Shown here: positions 48,332 through 57,393 of the stretch, in pieces
Numbering within the stretch: the stretch's first letter is position 1
Layout: every line of letters starts with the position of its first letter
Assembly (NCBI GenBank): GCA_963708025.1
Contig: CAVPSB010000016.1
Location: 320,001 to 384,000, forward strand
Length of the DNA stretch: 64,000 nt
Direction of reading: 5' to 3'
Origin: an uncultured Candidatus Rokubacteria bacterium
GTDB taxonomy: Bacteria; Methylomirabilota; Methylomirabilia; Rokubacteriales; DASRDR01
Program-made: the position numbers and the translations under genes
Notes under the pieces: generated by a model
Seen by the model: only the letters and a program-made list of their open reading frames with translations
Told to the model about the DNA's origin: nothing
Databases searched by the model: none

Positions 48332-49237
48332 AGCTCGGCATCTGCATCCCGCACTACGGGCGACCGATCGAGGTCGGGCGCCTCTTCGGGGTCGTGCGCC
48401 GCGCCGAGGAGCAAGGGCTGGACTCGGTGTGGGTGACCGACCACGTCATCGTGCCGCTCGACGCCAACGTGATCTACCGGGAGCACATGCTCGATCCCCT
48501 CGCCGTCCTCCCGTGGCTCGCCGGCGTGACGGAGCGGATCGCGCTCGGCACCAGCGTGGTGATCCTGCCCTATCGCTCGCCGATCCCCGTGGCCAAGCTG
48601 CTTGCCAGCGTGGACGTGCTGTCGGGCGGACGCCTGATCGTCGGCGCGGCGATCGGCTGGCTGGAGGGCGAGTTCGACGCGCTGGGAGTGCCGTTCAAGG
48701 AGCGCGCCAGCCGCTCGGACGAAGCCCTCGAGCTGTTCCGGACCCTCTGGACCCAGGACCGACCGGCGATCGAGACCCGACGCTACCGCGTCCACGACGT
48801 GCAGGTCTCCCCGATGCCGCTCCAGAAGCCGCGCCCGCCGCTCTACATCGGCGGCAGCAGCGAGGGCGCCTTCCGGCGGGTCGCCCGGCTGGGCGACGGG
48901 TGGCACGCCACCGCCTCGACACCCGAGGCGCTTCCGCCAGGGGGCCGACGCCGTGCGGCGCTTCTGGAAGGAGGCGGGGCGTGAAGGAGAGCCGGTCTGG
49001 TCGCTCCGCATCCCCGTCCTCATCGACGGCATCCATCGCCCGGCCGTCGACATGACGCTGATGCGTGGCCGCCACGCGATCGCGGGCCCGGTGACGAAGG
49101 TGACCGAGGAGCTGCGAGCCTTCCAGGCGCTCGGCGTGAGCCACGTCGCGCTGGAAGTCTCCTATTCCACCTACCCGGCGATCCTGGAGACGATCGACAT
49201 CCTGGCTGACAAGGTGAAGCCGCAGCTCGGGAGCTGA
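48328..49237 (+). CDS. LLM-class (luciferase-like, F420/flavin) oxidoreductase, frameshift near 48935
   Basis: DSVWVTDHV, LGTSVVILPYR, DVLSGGRL, RVARLGDGW. Confidence 0.9.
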
Positions 49238-49254
49238 TAAGAAATCGGTTGTCC

Positions 49255-49336
49255 GGCACCCCCTCCCCCCGCCAAAGGCCGAAGGCCGTCGAACGGTGGG
49301 GGAGGGGGGCCGCGGTGGGGGCGGGAGGTCCCGAAC
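49255..49336 (+). repeat. Partial family B element
   Basis: CCCCCTCCCCCC..GGTGGGGGAGGGGGG..GGCGGGAGGTCCCGAAC; left end missing; contains the nested hairpin module. Confidence 0.65.
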
Positions 49337-49338
49337 AG

Positions 49339-49900
49339 TCAGCCGGTGGCCCGGCCGATCTCCTCCCGCAGCCAGACCATGATCTTGTCGCGCCAGGCCA
49401 CCGCCTCGGCCCGCGCGGCCTCCGAAGCCCCGGGCGGGGCGAACGTCTCGACGTAGGGCCGCACCACCGGCTCGGTCCCGGACGCGCGGACGCCGACCCA
49501 CCAGCCGTTCTCGAAGACGACCTTGACGCCGTCGAGCCTGATCACCTGCGCGACGGCAAAGCTCCGGCCGTCGATCGACATCCGGTCGCCGGGTCGGGGC
49601 CGACCGAAGTGCGCCCTGAGGGCGGCGACCAGCGGCTCGCCCTGCAGCCGGCCGGTCACCTTCTGGCGCTCGAAGTAGAACGAGCCCAGCTCCGCCTCGG
49701 CCTCGGCACGGATCGCCTCGGCGGGGCGATCATAGTGGAGCACCATGGCGGTCAGGATGAGCGCGGCCAGGAGACCGTCCTTGTCGCGGCTCCACCCCTT
49801 CGGCGACATGCCGTCGCTCTCCTCCCACGAGTTGACCGAGACCGGGACGACCTCCTTGAGGAACTGGAAGCCGACCGCGGTCTCGTGGAACTCGCGAGCC
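49339..49900 (-). pseudogene. C-terminal fragment of a phosphoglucomutase/phosphomannomutase
   Basis: FHETAVGFQFL, WEESDG, DKDGL, DGVKV, VRASGTEPVVRPYVE present; N-terminal catalytic domains absent. Confidence 0.7.
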
Positions 49901-50022
49901 AGGGACTGCGACGATTCAATGACGGGGACCGGGCGGCTCTCGAGGCCAGGATGGTACGCCCGGCCGGGGCTGTCAAGCTTGCCGGCGACCGTGGGTTCCC
50001 CGCCGCGTTAGAATGACGGGGT

Positions 50023-50496
50023 ATGCGCGAGTATCACTACCGGGTGGACGGGGACGGCCGCATCTTCCACGACGGCACCGAGATCCTGGACCCGCTCGTG
50101 CTGCGCTTCTTCCTGCGCGCCATGACGCAGACGCCCGAGGGCCGCTACCTGGTCGTCTGCCAGGGCGAGCACAACTGGTTCGACGCCGGCGGCCCCGACG
50201 GGACGCCGTTCGTGGTCCTCCGCGCGCGGCCCGTCGTCGAGGCGGAGCGTCTCGCCGCGGTGGAGCTGTCCCTCGCGGGCGACTATCGGGAGCCGCTGGA
50301 TCCCGCCAGCCTGGAGGTCGAGGAGGGCCGTCTCTACTGCCGCGTGCGGCGCGGCGCCTTCCGGGCGCGCTTCGGCCGGGTCGCCGTCCAGCAGCTCGCG
50401 CCGTTCCTGACGGACGACGGCGGCGGGCCGGGCCTGACCGTCGGCGGCACGCGCTACCCGATCCGCGAGGCGGTCCCGGCCGCCCGCGCCACATGA
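50023..50496 (+). CDS. Hypothetical protein, DUF1285-like
   Basis: YRVDGDGRIFHDGTEI..RLYCRVRRG..ARFGR. Confidence 0.7.
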   Translation: MREYHYRVDGDGRIFHDGTEILDPLVLRFFLRAMTQTPEGRYLVVCQGEHNWFDAGGPDGTPFVVLRARPVVEAERLAAVELSLAGDYREPLDPASLEVEEGRLYCRVRRGAFRARFGRVAVQQLAPFLTDDGGGPGLTVGGTRYPIREAVPAARAT

Positions 50497-51287
50497 CGGC
50501 CCGACGGTCGGGCGCCGACCGGACGCCGGGAATCCCCGAGCGGGGCGCGAGACGGGCGAGCCGGCCGCCGGAGCCGGCGGCCCCCGCCCGGGCCCTCAGC
50601 ATCCACGCTCACCCCGACGACCAGGAGTTCACCGTGGGCGGAACCCTGGCCAAGTGGGCGCGCGCCGGCAGCGAGATCGTGACCGTGTGCATCACCAGCG
50701 GCGGCGCCGGCTCCAACCAGTACACGCCGCCGCACATGACGCGCGAGGCGCTGGTCCCCGTCCGGGAGGCGGAGCAGCGCCAGGCCTGCCGCGTCCTGGG
50801 CGTCAAGGAGGTCGTGTTCCTCGGCTACGAGGACGGCCTGCTGGAGCCGTCCCTCGCCCTCCGCCGGGAGCTGACCCGCGTGATCCGCCGGTACCGTCCG
50901 GACGCGGTTCTCTGCGGCGATCCCACCGTTCGCTTCTACGGCCAGAGCTACATGAACCACCCCGACCACCGGGCGGCGGCCGACGCCGCGCTGGACGCCG
51001 TCTTCCCGTCGGCCGAGACCCGTCTCGTCTTCCCGGAGCTGCTCGAGGAGGGGCTGGCGCCCCACCACGTCCAGACGGTGTTCATCCACGGCGCGAGCCG
51101 ACCGGACACCTTCGTCAACATCGCCGACGTGCTGGACGTCAAGCTGGCCGCGCTCCGGGAGCACAAGAGCCAGATGGGGGAATGGGACCCGACTGAGATG
51201 ATCACGCTGTGGGCCCGCGAGCAGGGTCGGCGCCGCGGGCTGGCCGCCGCCGAGGCGTATCGCCGGATGGTCCTCGGCGGCCCGTAG
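50493..51287 (+). CDS. PIG-L/LmbE-family deacetylase
   Basis: HAHPDDQE, GGTLA, NHPDH, HKSQ. Confidence 0.9.
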   Translation: MTARRSGADRTPGIPERGARRASRPPEPAAPARALSIHAHPDDQEFTVGGTLAKWARAGSEIVTVCITSGGAGSNQYTPPHMTREALVPVREAEQRQACRVLGVKEVVFLGYEDGLLEPSLALRRELTRVIRRYRPDAVLCGDPTVRFYGQSYMNHPDHRAAADAALDAVFPSAETRLVFPELLEEGLAPHHVQTVFIHGASRPDTFVNIADVLDVKLAALREHKSQMGEWDPTEMITLWAREQGRRRGLAAAEAYRRMVLGGP

Positions 51288-51291
51288 CCTC

Positions 51292-52464
51292 TCAGACGCG
51301 GCGGAAATAGACGCGCGGATCCCCGTAGAAGAGATACGACGCCCAGGAGAAGTCCGTCGGCCCGGTCGCGTTCCGGCACGCCACCCGGGCGTCCCTGACC
51401 GCCCGCCCCAGCGGCTTCCCCTCGACCAGCGCCGAGTAGAACGCCTTCGCGAATGCCGCCGCCGCGGCGTCTCCCACCTGCCAGCGGTTGCCGATCAGGT
51501 AGGCGCCGGTCTCCAGGAAGGCGCGGGCCAACCCGAAGATGTCGAAGCGGTTCTTCCACTCGCCCTCGGTCTTGGCCGCCGCGGTCTCGCAGGCGTTCAT
51601 GAAGAAGAAGACCGGAGGCTTGCTTCCGAAGAACCCCATGATGGGTCCCGTGCTCATGTCGCGGTCGAAGAGCACGAGGCTGCTGAGGTGCGGCTTGTCG
51701 TTCCGGAAGTACGCGTGTCCGCTGAAGTGCACGATGTGGTAGCGGCCGCTCTTGATCGCCTTGTAGACGTCGTCGTACTTGGCCTTCGGGCCCTGCAGCA
51801 ACGACACCTTGGCGGCATCCCCCAGCGGCGCCAGCGTCTCCAGGATCGCCTGGGTCTCCGCCGCCGCCGCCGGCAAGGGGTCGTACTTCACGTTCCCGCG
51901 CGGCTGCGGCTGGGGCACGCTGATCAGCAGCACCGACAGCTGGGTCGCCCCCACCGTGGCCGCCGCCCGCTGGAGCGACGGGATCGCCGGCTTCGAGGAG
52001 TTCACGAAGCGCCCGACGAGGTGCTTGAAGCACAGGAAGTCGTCGTCGTCGTGCATCAGCTCCCACGGGTACTCGAGCAGCGCCTCGTCCATCCCGATTT
52101 CGAGGAACAGGTCGGGAGTCCGCAGCTCCCCCTGGACGTACCCCGGCATGATGAGGTTCAGGAGCTGGCCGCCGATCAGCTTGGTCTCGTCGAGGAGCGT
52201 CTCGTCCGGCGCGGCCCCGCCGGCGGCGCCGCCGCCTCGCGCATCGACCGCCACCGCCAGCTGATTCAGGCGGTCACGGATCGGCGTGAGCTCCTCGGAC
52301 CCCAGCCGCAGCTCCTCCAGCGGTGGACGGATCGTCGAGCGAAAGGGCGGGGTGTACTTCAGTCGATAGGTGTCTCCCCCCGCCCCCGGGCCCGGGCTGA
52401 ACAGCTCGACCTGGGCAGTGGCCCCCGCGAACCAGTCGATGCAGAAGCCGGTAGCCGGACTCAC
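51292..52464 (-). CDS. Stand-alone CHAT-domain (caspase-like) protease
   Basis: YPWELM, IVHFSGHA and FFMNACET His/Cys dyad, GLARAFL, FYSAL, WASYLFYGDP. Confidence 0.92.
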   Translation of the reverse strand: MSPATGFCIDWFAGATAQVELFSPGPGAGGDTYRLKYTPPFRSTIRPPLEELRLGSEELTPIRDRLNQLAVAVDARGGGAAGGAAPDETLLDETKLIGGQLLNLIMPGYVQGELRTPDLFLEIGMDEALLEYPWELMHDDDDFLCFKHLVGRFVNSSKPAIPSLQRAAATVGATQLSVLLISVPQPQPRGNVKYDPLPAAAAETQAILETLAPLGDAAKVSLLQGPKAKYDDVYKAIKSGRYHIVHFSGHAYFRNDKPHLSSLVLFDRDMSTGPIMGFFGSKPPVFFFMNACETAAAKTEGEWKNRFDIFGLARAFLETGAYLIGNRWQVGDAAAAAFAKAFYSALVEGKPLGRAVRDARVACRNATGPTDFSWASYLFYGDPRVYFRRV

Positions 52465-53249
52465 GATGCAACACCCCCTTCCATCGGCCGACTCTCCACG
52501 ACGGTCTGGACGACCGCCGGGTCGGCCACGGCCAGCTGGAAGCCTCGGCCGGCGAGCTTCGGCAGCTCGTGCTCATCCCCCAGGTGGGTCATCAGGTCCA
52601 GGTTCGTCACCGAGCCGACGTCCGAATAGAGGAAGCAGCTGGAGTTCTCGCACCGCTCCAGCCCGAGGAACTGCCCGGTGATCGACAGCCCGGCCGCTCT
52701 GACGCGATGCTTGATCGTCGAGATCCGCCCGGGATCCGGGCTTCGCCAGTACTTCGGATCGGTCGGCACCATCGAGATGACCGCGCCGCCCTCGAAGTCG
52801 TCCCAGATGATGTAGCGCCATTCGGGGGGCGGGGTGATCTCGCGGTCGGTCACGATGAAGAGCAGCCCGGAGTCCGGACCGATCCCGATCAGGTCGCGAA
52901 CCACCTGGCCCAGCTTCCGCTGGTCACACGTCCGCCGGAACCGCCCGGTCGAGTCCTTGGACGACACCGGCTTCTCCACCCGCTGCGCCGGGCTCAGCTG
53001 TGCGAGCGCGTCATCGACCGCCTTCCCGCCCCTCAGCAGCCGATCCAGGTTTCGCCGCGCCGCGTCCAGCAGGTTGATCTTGGGCACCTGGGGGGAGATG
53101 TAGAATCGCTGGAAGCTGATCCGTGGCTGGTCCATGTTGTAGAACCGCTCGATCTCGAGCAGCATTGCCCACAGCGCCGGACCGACCTCGAGGGAGGTCT
53201 CGCCATCGACCAGCAGCAGCACCTGCACGATCCGAACGGGGTCGCTCAT
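52461..53249 (-). CDS. Hypothetical protein with degenerate archaemetzincin-like C-terminus
   Basis: SITGQFLGLERCENSSCFL aligns by eye to HExxHxxGxxHCx4CxM; stop overlaps the CHAT start. Confidence 0.7.
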   Translation of the reverse strand: MSDPVRIVQVLLLVDGETSLEVGPALWAMLLEIERFYNMDQPRISFQRFYISPQVPKINLLDAARRNLDRLLRGGKAVDDALAQLSPAQRVEKPVSSKDSTGRFRRTCDQRKLGQVVRDLIGIGPDSGLLFIVTDREITPPPEWRYIIWDDFEGGAVISMVPTDPKYWRSPDPGRISTIKHRVRAAGLSITGQFLGLERCENSSCFLYSDVGSVTNLDLMTHLGDEHELPKLAGRGFQLAVADPAVVQTVVESRPMEGGVAS

Positions 53250-53267
53250 CGTCCGCTGACCTGGCGG

Positions 53268-53359
53268 CTAGTGCCGTTCCAACTTGTTCCAGCTAGTGCT
53301 TTCGAGGAACACAGTGCGCGCATCGTCTATCTTGGCTCATGTAGTTGGAACGGCACTAG
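53268..53359. mobile_element. MITE family C, copy 2
   Basis: Same 17-bp terminal inverted repeat; right CTAG overlaps the TAG stop of the M4 gene. Confidence 0.85.
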
Positions 53360-55071
53360 GAGATTCCCACCTTCGCGTACGCATCGGTGAGGGCATCGAG
53401 CTTCGGCTGGCGCTGCGCATCGCCGGCATAGTACGTGCTGGCGACGTTCCGCAGCGTCTGGAGCGTCTGCGAGAACGTGGCCAGCTTGTCGAGCCGGGTG
53501 AGGCACAGGTAGTAGAGCACGGCCGCCTCGCGCGGCGTGAAGACCGGTTGCCCCTGAGCGTCCTTCGCGCTGAGCACATTGTACGCCGCCTTGTTGTGGA
53601 TGTTGCTGTTGGTGTGCACCCCGCCGTTGTCCTGCGGCGTGTTGACGTACTGGTCCATGTGCGCGGGATCGCCGGTCCGGGTAGGGTCCCGCATGTCGCG
53701 CAGGGGAAGTCCGCCGGCCCGGAACCCGGAGCCGATCTCCCAGCTCCAGCCGTCCACCGTCCCGCCGGTGGTCGGGTTGGCCACGTCCCAGTTCTTGATG
53801 ATGATCCCGAAGATGTCGCTGAACGATTCGTTCAGCGCGCCCGATTGCCGGAGGTACACGAGGTCGGCGGTGAACTCGGTCACCCCGTGCGTCAGCTCGT
53901 GGGCGATGGCGTCGAGGTGGCGGGCGTAGCTCCGGAGGGCGCCGGTGGCGTCCCGGGCCTGGCCGTACCACATCCGCCGCCTCCACCACACGGCGTTGTG
54001 CCACTCGGGTGGCGCTTCCTCAGCCGGCACCGTGCAGTTCACGTAGGAGACGAGCTCCATGCCCTTGTCGTCGACCCCGTCCCGCAGCAGCACCGACTTG
54101 TAGAAGTCGAAGACGCGCATCGCATTGACATGGGCCGAGACCGCCGGCGCATTCTTGAACTCGCTCGACGGCCCGCCGATCGGCTCGGCCGGCGGCGGGG
54201 TGGTGTCCACGTCGTTCAATCCGAAGTCGAACGTCCGGATTCCCCGGATCGGGTCGCTCATCTCGAACGCGGCGCCGTTCTTGCGGCCCCAGAACACCTG
54301 GGTCGCTCCGTCCTCGTCGGCGCCCCGGCACTGACTGGGGATCTCCAGGGTCGGCGCCGCGCTCCAGTAGAGGAGCACCGCGCCGTCGTGGGCGTCCACG
54401 AGATAGTTGACCTCGGGATGCCGCTGGGCCAGCGAGCGACCGAGCCCGTGACTCCGCGTCGCTTCGAGAAAGCCGGGCGGCGCCGCCGGCACGTTCCGGA
54501 AGAAGTAGACGAGGTGCCACTGGTCCGACCCGTCGTCGTGGTAGTAGGTGAGCTCCGGAGGCTCCACGCCCTCCAGCGTCGCCTCGGCGACCTTCGCCAG
54601 CGTCGCGATGCGGCTCCGGGCATGGGCGGCGCCCAGCGCGGCGATGGGTGACGCGTTCTTGACCTCGGCGAGCTCGGCGTCGACCGAGAGGAGCTCACGG
54701 TTTCGGTCCAGCTCGACCACGGCCCGGGAGCCGAAGACGGGGATCGTCGCCTTGGTCTGGACGAAGCGCACCGTCCAGGTGCCGGTCAACGGTGAGCGCT
54801 GGCTGTCGCGCAGCCGCATGTCGGGAACCACCTCGGGACGCTCGGGCGCGGTCAGTCCCCGCAGCGACGGCCGAGTGTCCCGCCCGAACAGCTGGCTCAG
54901 ATAGAAGCGCGCGGCCGCCTCTTCGCTGTTGAAGCCGGGCGCCGCCTCGGCGGCCCCGGCCCGGGCCGGCCCCCCGCCGCGGAGCGCGAGAGGTCGCGCG
55001 CCCACCGCCTGCAGATCGTGGTCTTCCCGGTCGGCGACGTTGAAGTGGATGCTGTGGAAGCCGGTGGCCAT
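53356..55071 (-). CDS. M4 (thermolysin-family) metalloprotease with propeptide, no signal peptide
   Basis: NAVW, AHELTHGV, SGALNESFSD, DNGGVHTNS..NKAAY; hydrophilic N-terminus. Confidence 0.93.
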   Translation of the reverse strand: MATGFHSIHFNVADREDHDLQAVGARPLALRGGGPARAGAAEAAPGFNSEEAAARFYLSQLFGRDTRPSLRGLTAPERPEVVPDMRLRDSQRSPLTGTWTVRFVQTKATIPVFGSRAVVELDRNRELLSVDAELAEVKNASPIAALGAAHARSRIATLAKVAEATLEGVEPPELTYYHDDGSDQWHLVYFFRNVPAAPPGFLEATRSHGLGRSLAQRHPEVNYLVDAHDGAVLLYWSAAPTLEIPSQCRGADEDGATQVFWGRKNGAAFEMSDPIRGIRTFDFGLNDVDTTPPPAEPIGGPSSEFKNAPAVSAHVNAMRVFDFYKSVLLRDGVDDKGMELVSYVNCTVPAEEAPPEWHNAVWWRRRMWYGQARDATGALRSYARHLDAIAHELTHGVTEFTADLVYLRQSGALNESFSDIFGIIIKNWDVANPTTGGTVDGWSWEIGSGFRAGGLPLRDMRDPTRTGDPAHMDQYVNTPQDNGGVHTNSNIHNKAAYNVLSAKDAQGQPVFTPREAAVLYYLCLTRLDKLATFSQTLQTLRNVASTYYAGDAQRQPKLDALTDAYAKVGIS

Positions 55072-55132
55072 CACTGTCTCTCCCTCGGGTCGCCACGCAT
55101 CGGCGCGCCGCCCCGCGGCTCGCACCCCGACG

Positions 55133-55711
55133 TTATCGCGTGCTCCGGACCGGCCGGCCCAGGATCGGTCCCACCGCCCTCGGCGTCGTCGCGGCCACAC
55201 CCCTCGGGCCGTGTGGGGTCCGACAGCCCGTCATGGGGGCCACCAGCACCTGGAGGAACATGTCGGCCGAATCCGTGACCAGACCGGTGCTGACGAGGAG
55301 GGCCACGTCGCCGCCGGCCGCCGCCCGGGTGATGGCGAACCGCAAGCGACGATCGAGGCCGCTGCTCGCCGGTGTCCAGGGAATCTGGCTGCCGTCCCCC
55401 ACCAGGTAGCTGGCCTGGACCGGCACGCCCTCCGGATCGGCATTGAACCGGTCGAGCTGCGCGAGCAGCTCGTCGAGCGTCTGGGGGAGAATCTCGCGTC
55501 TCAGGACGAGCGTGGCCAGGGGATCGTTCAGCCACTGGGCCGTCTCGGCGGGCGTCATCGGGCACGGCGCGTCGTCGAGCCCGAGCACGAACCGGTAGAG
55601 CCGGCCCGCCTCCAGGACGTATCCGTCACGGGCCGCCGCGAGCCCCGCGTAACGGGTCGGGAACGACCGGGACGCCCGGGGCGGAGGCGTCGCGAAGCTC
55701 GATCGGGTCAT
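55133..55711 (-). CDS. Hypothetical protein, probably 3'-truncated
   Basis: Protein-like, GC3-rich to ..MFLQVL (~55240), then low-complexity tail; first gene after the promoter. Confidence 0.6.
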   Translation of the reverse strand: MTRSSFATPPPRASRSFPTRYAGLAAARDGYVLEAGRLYRFVLGLDDAPCPMTPAETAQWLNDPLATLVLRREILPQTLDELLAQLDRFNADPEGVPVQASYLVGDGSQIPWTPASSGLDRRLRFAITRAAAGGDVALLVSTGLVTDSADMFLQVLVAPMTGCRTPHGPRGVAATTPRAVGPILGRPVRSTR

Positions 55712-55844
55712 CGGCCCGCCCGAGCGGCCCGACCGTCGACCGGGTCGAGGCCATTCGGCCCGACTCTACCGTCTTCGACCGTGCGACCGCTCACCGCGAC
55801 CCGCCATCCGACCGGAACGAGACGGCAGTCCCGGCCACGTCCGC

Positions 55845-55892
55845 ACACTAGAGCGAGGCCGAGAGGCCGTCAAGTGTATCCAAATGGATACA
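55845..55892 (-). promoter_or_regulatory. Sigma70-type promoter with adjacent palindromic site
   Basis: TTGACG (55873-68)-N17-TAGTGT (55850-45); TGTATCCA-N2-TGGATACA at 55875-55892. Confidence 0.7.
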
Positions 55893-55959
55893 GGTGGACA
55901 CCGCGGGCCACGACCGAAGCCTGGGATTCCCACCCGGGATCACCTGGGCCGTCCGCAAC

Positions 55960-56040
55960 CTACTCCTCCCAGGCGGCCAGGAGGACCACGTGGAGCAGGG
56001 CAACGATCAGGACCAGCAAGAGCGCCGGTGGCATGTTCAT
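55960..56040 (-). CDS. 26-aa single-TM small protein
   Basis: AAGGAGG upstream; MNMPPALLLVLIVALLHVVLLAAWEE. Confidence 0.5.
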   Translation of the reverse strand: MNMPPALLLVLIVALLHVVLLAAWEE

Positions 56041-56196
56041 CGCCTCCTTCACCGGAGGAGAATGGCAACGCGGGTGCCAGGCCCCAGGCGCATCACGACG
56101 CGTAGTTACGCGTGGCGAGGGGTGAAGTGGCGGTGGTGGTGACCGGCCTTTCGCCACCGCTCGCGGCAGCCACGACCGGCCATCCGGCGGCCCGGG

Positions 56197-57393
56197 CTAC
56201 CGGCCCAGCAGCACCCTGGCGTAGCGGTGGCGGGGCTGGTGGGGGCGCCCGGCCGCGAAGCGTCCGAGCGCGAAGAAGCCGAGGTCGAGGTGGGGGTCCG
56301 CGGGAGTCGTCCCCAGGACCAGGTCGGCCACGAGGTCCCCGATGATCGGCGAGTGCTTGAAGCCGTGTCCGCTGAAGCCGACCGCGACGACCAGCCCCTC
56401 GATCCCCGGTGCCCGGTCCAGGATGAACTGGAAGTCCGGGGTGGTGTCGTAGAAGCCGGTCCAGCCGCCCCGGCTCCGCGCCGCCTCCATCCGCGGAAAG
56501 CGGGCCACGCTCCCCTCGGCGAACTCCTGGATCCACTCGGCCTCCGCGCGCTCCGGGTAGCCGTCGGGATCCACCACGTCGTCGGCGGTGTGCTTGGTGC
56601 TGCCGATCAGCGTCAGGCCTCCCTGCTCCGGCCGGAAGTACACTTGGTTGACGAAATCGCCGCACACCGGATGCGGCGGGCCGAAGTCGGCCGGGCGCTC
56701 GAAGACGCCGATCCGGTGGAGCGTGTTCACGATGGGGACCTCCACGCCGAGCGGCCCGAGGAGCCGGGGGGTCCAGCCGCCGGCCGCGGTGACCACGACC
56801 GGCGCCGCCATCGGGCCTCGGTCGGTCTCGACGCCGGCCGCTCGCCCACGCTCGACCAGGATCCGCCGCACCGTCACGCCCTCGAGGACCCGCGCGCCCA
56901 GCTCCCGGGCGCGGTGAGCCAGCGCGGCCGTGGTCCCCGCCGGGTCGGCGAAGCCCGCGTCGGGCTCGTAGGCGGCGGCGGCCAGGTCGTCGGTCGCCAT
57001 CCGGGGAACGAGCGCGCGGATCTCGTCCGGCTCGACCACGCGGGTCTCGACCCCCACACCCCGCTGCATCGCCACGTTCGCGGCCAGGGCCTCCCGGTCG
57101 CCAGGCCCGACCAGCGCCAGGTAGCCGGTCCGCGTGAAGCCCGAGTTGCCGCCGATCACCTCGTCGAACCGGGAGAAGGCATCCAGGGCCAGCCGGGCCA
57201 GCCGCGCCGTCACCGGGTAGGCGTAGTGCTGCCGGACGATGGCGCTGGAGCGGCCGGTGGCGCCCGAGGCGAGGAACCCCTGCTCCAGGAGCACGACGTC
57301 GCGCACGCCCCGGCGAGCCAGGTGGTAGGCGACGCTGGCCCCGGTGGAGCCCCCGCCGATCACGACCGCCTCCGCCGTCCGCGGGAGGGTCAC
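56197..57393 (-). CDS. FAD-dependent oxidoreductase (sarcosine oxidase beta / DAO family)
   Basis: VIGGGSTG, SGATGRSS, YDTTPD, GFSGHGFK. Confidence 0.9.
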   Translation of the reverse strand: MTLPRTAEAVVIGGGSTGASVAYHLARRGVRDVVLLEQGFLASGATGRSSAIVRQHYAYPVTARLARLALDAFSRFDEVIGGNSGFTRTGYLALVGPGDREALAANVAMQRGVGVETRVVEPDEIRALVPRMATDDLAAAAYEPDAGFADPAGTTAALAHRARELGARVLEGVTVRRILVERGRAAGVETDRGPMAAPVVVTAAGGWTPRLLGPLGVEVPIVNTLHRIGVFERPADFGPPHPVCGDFVNQVYFRPEQGGLTLIGSTKHTADDVVDPDGYPERAEAEWIQEFAEGSVARFPRMEAARSRGGWTGFYDTTPDFQFILDRAPGIEGLVVAVGFSGHGFKHSPIIGDLVADLVLGTTPADPHLDLGFFALGRFAAGRPHQPRHRYARVLLGR

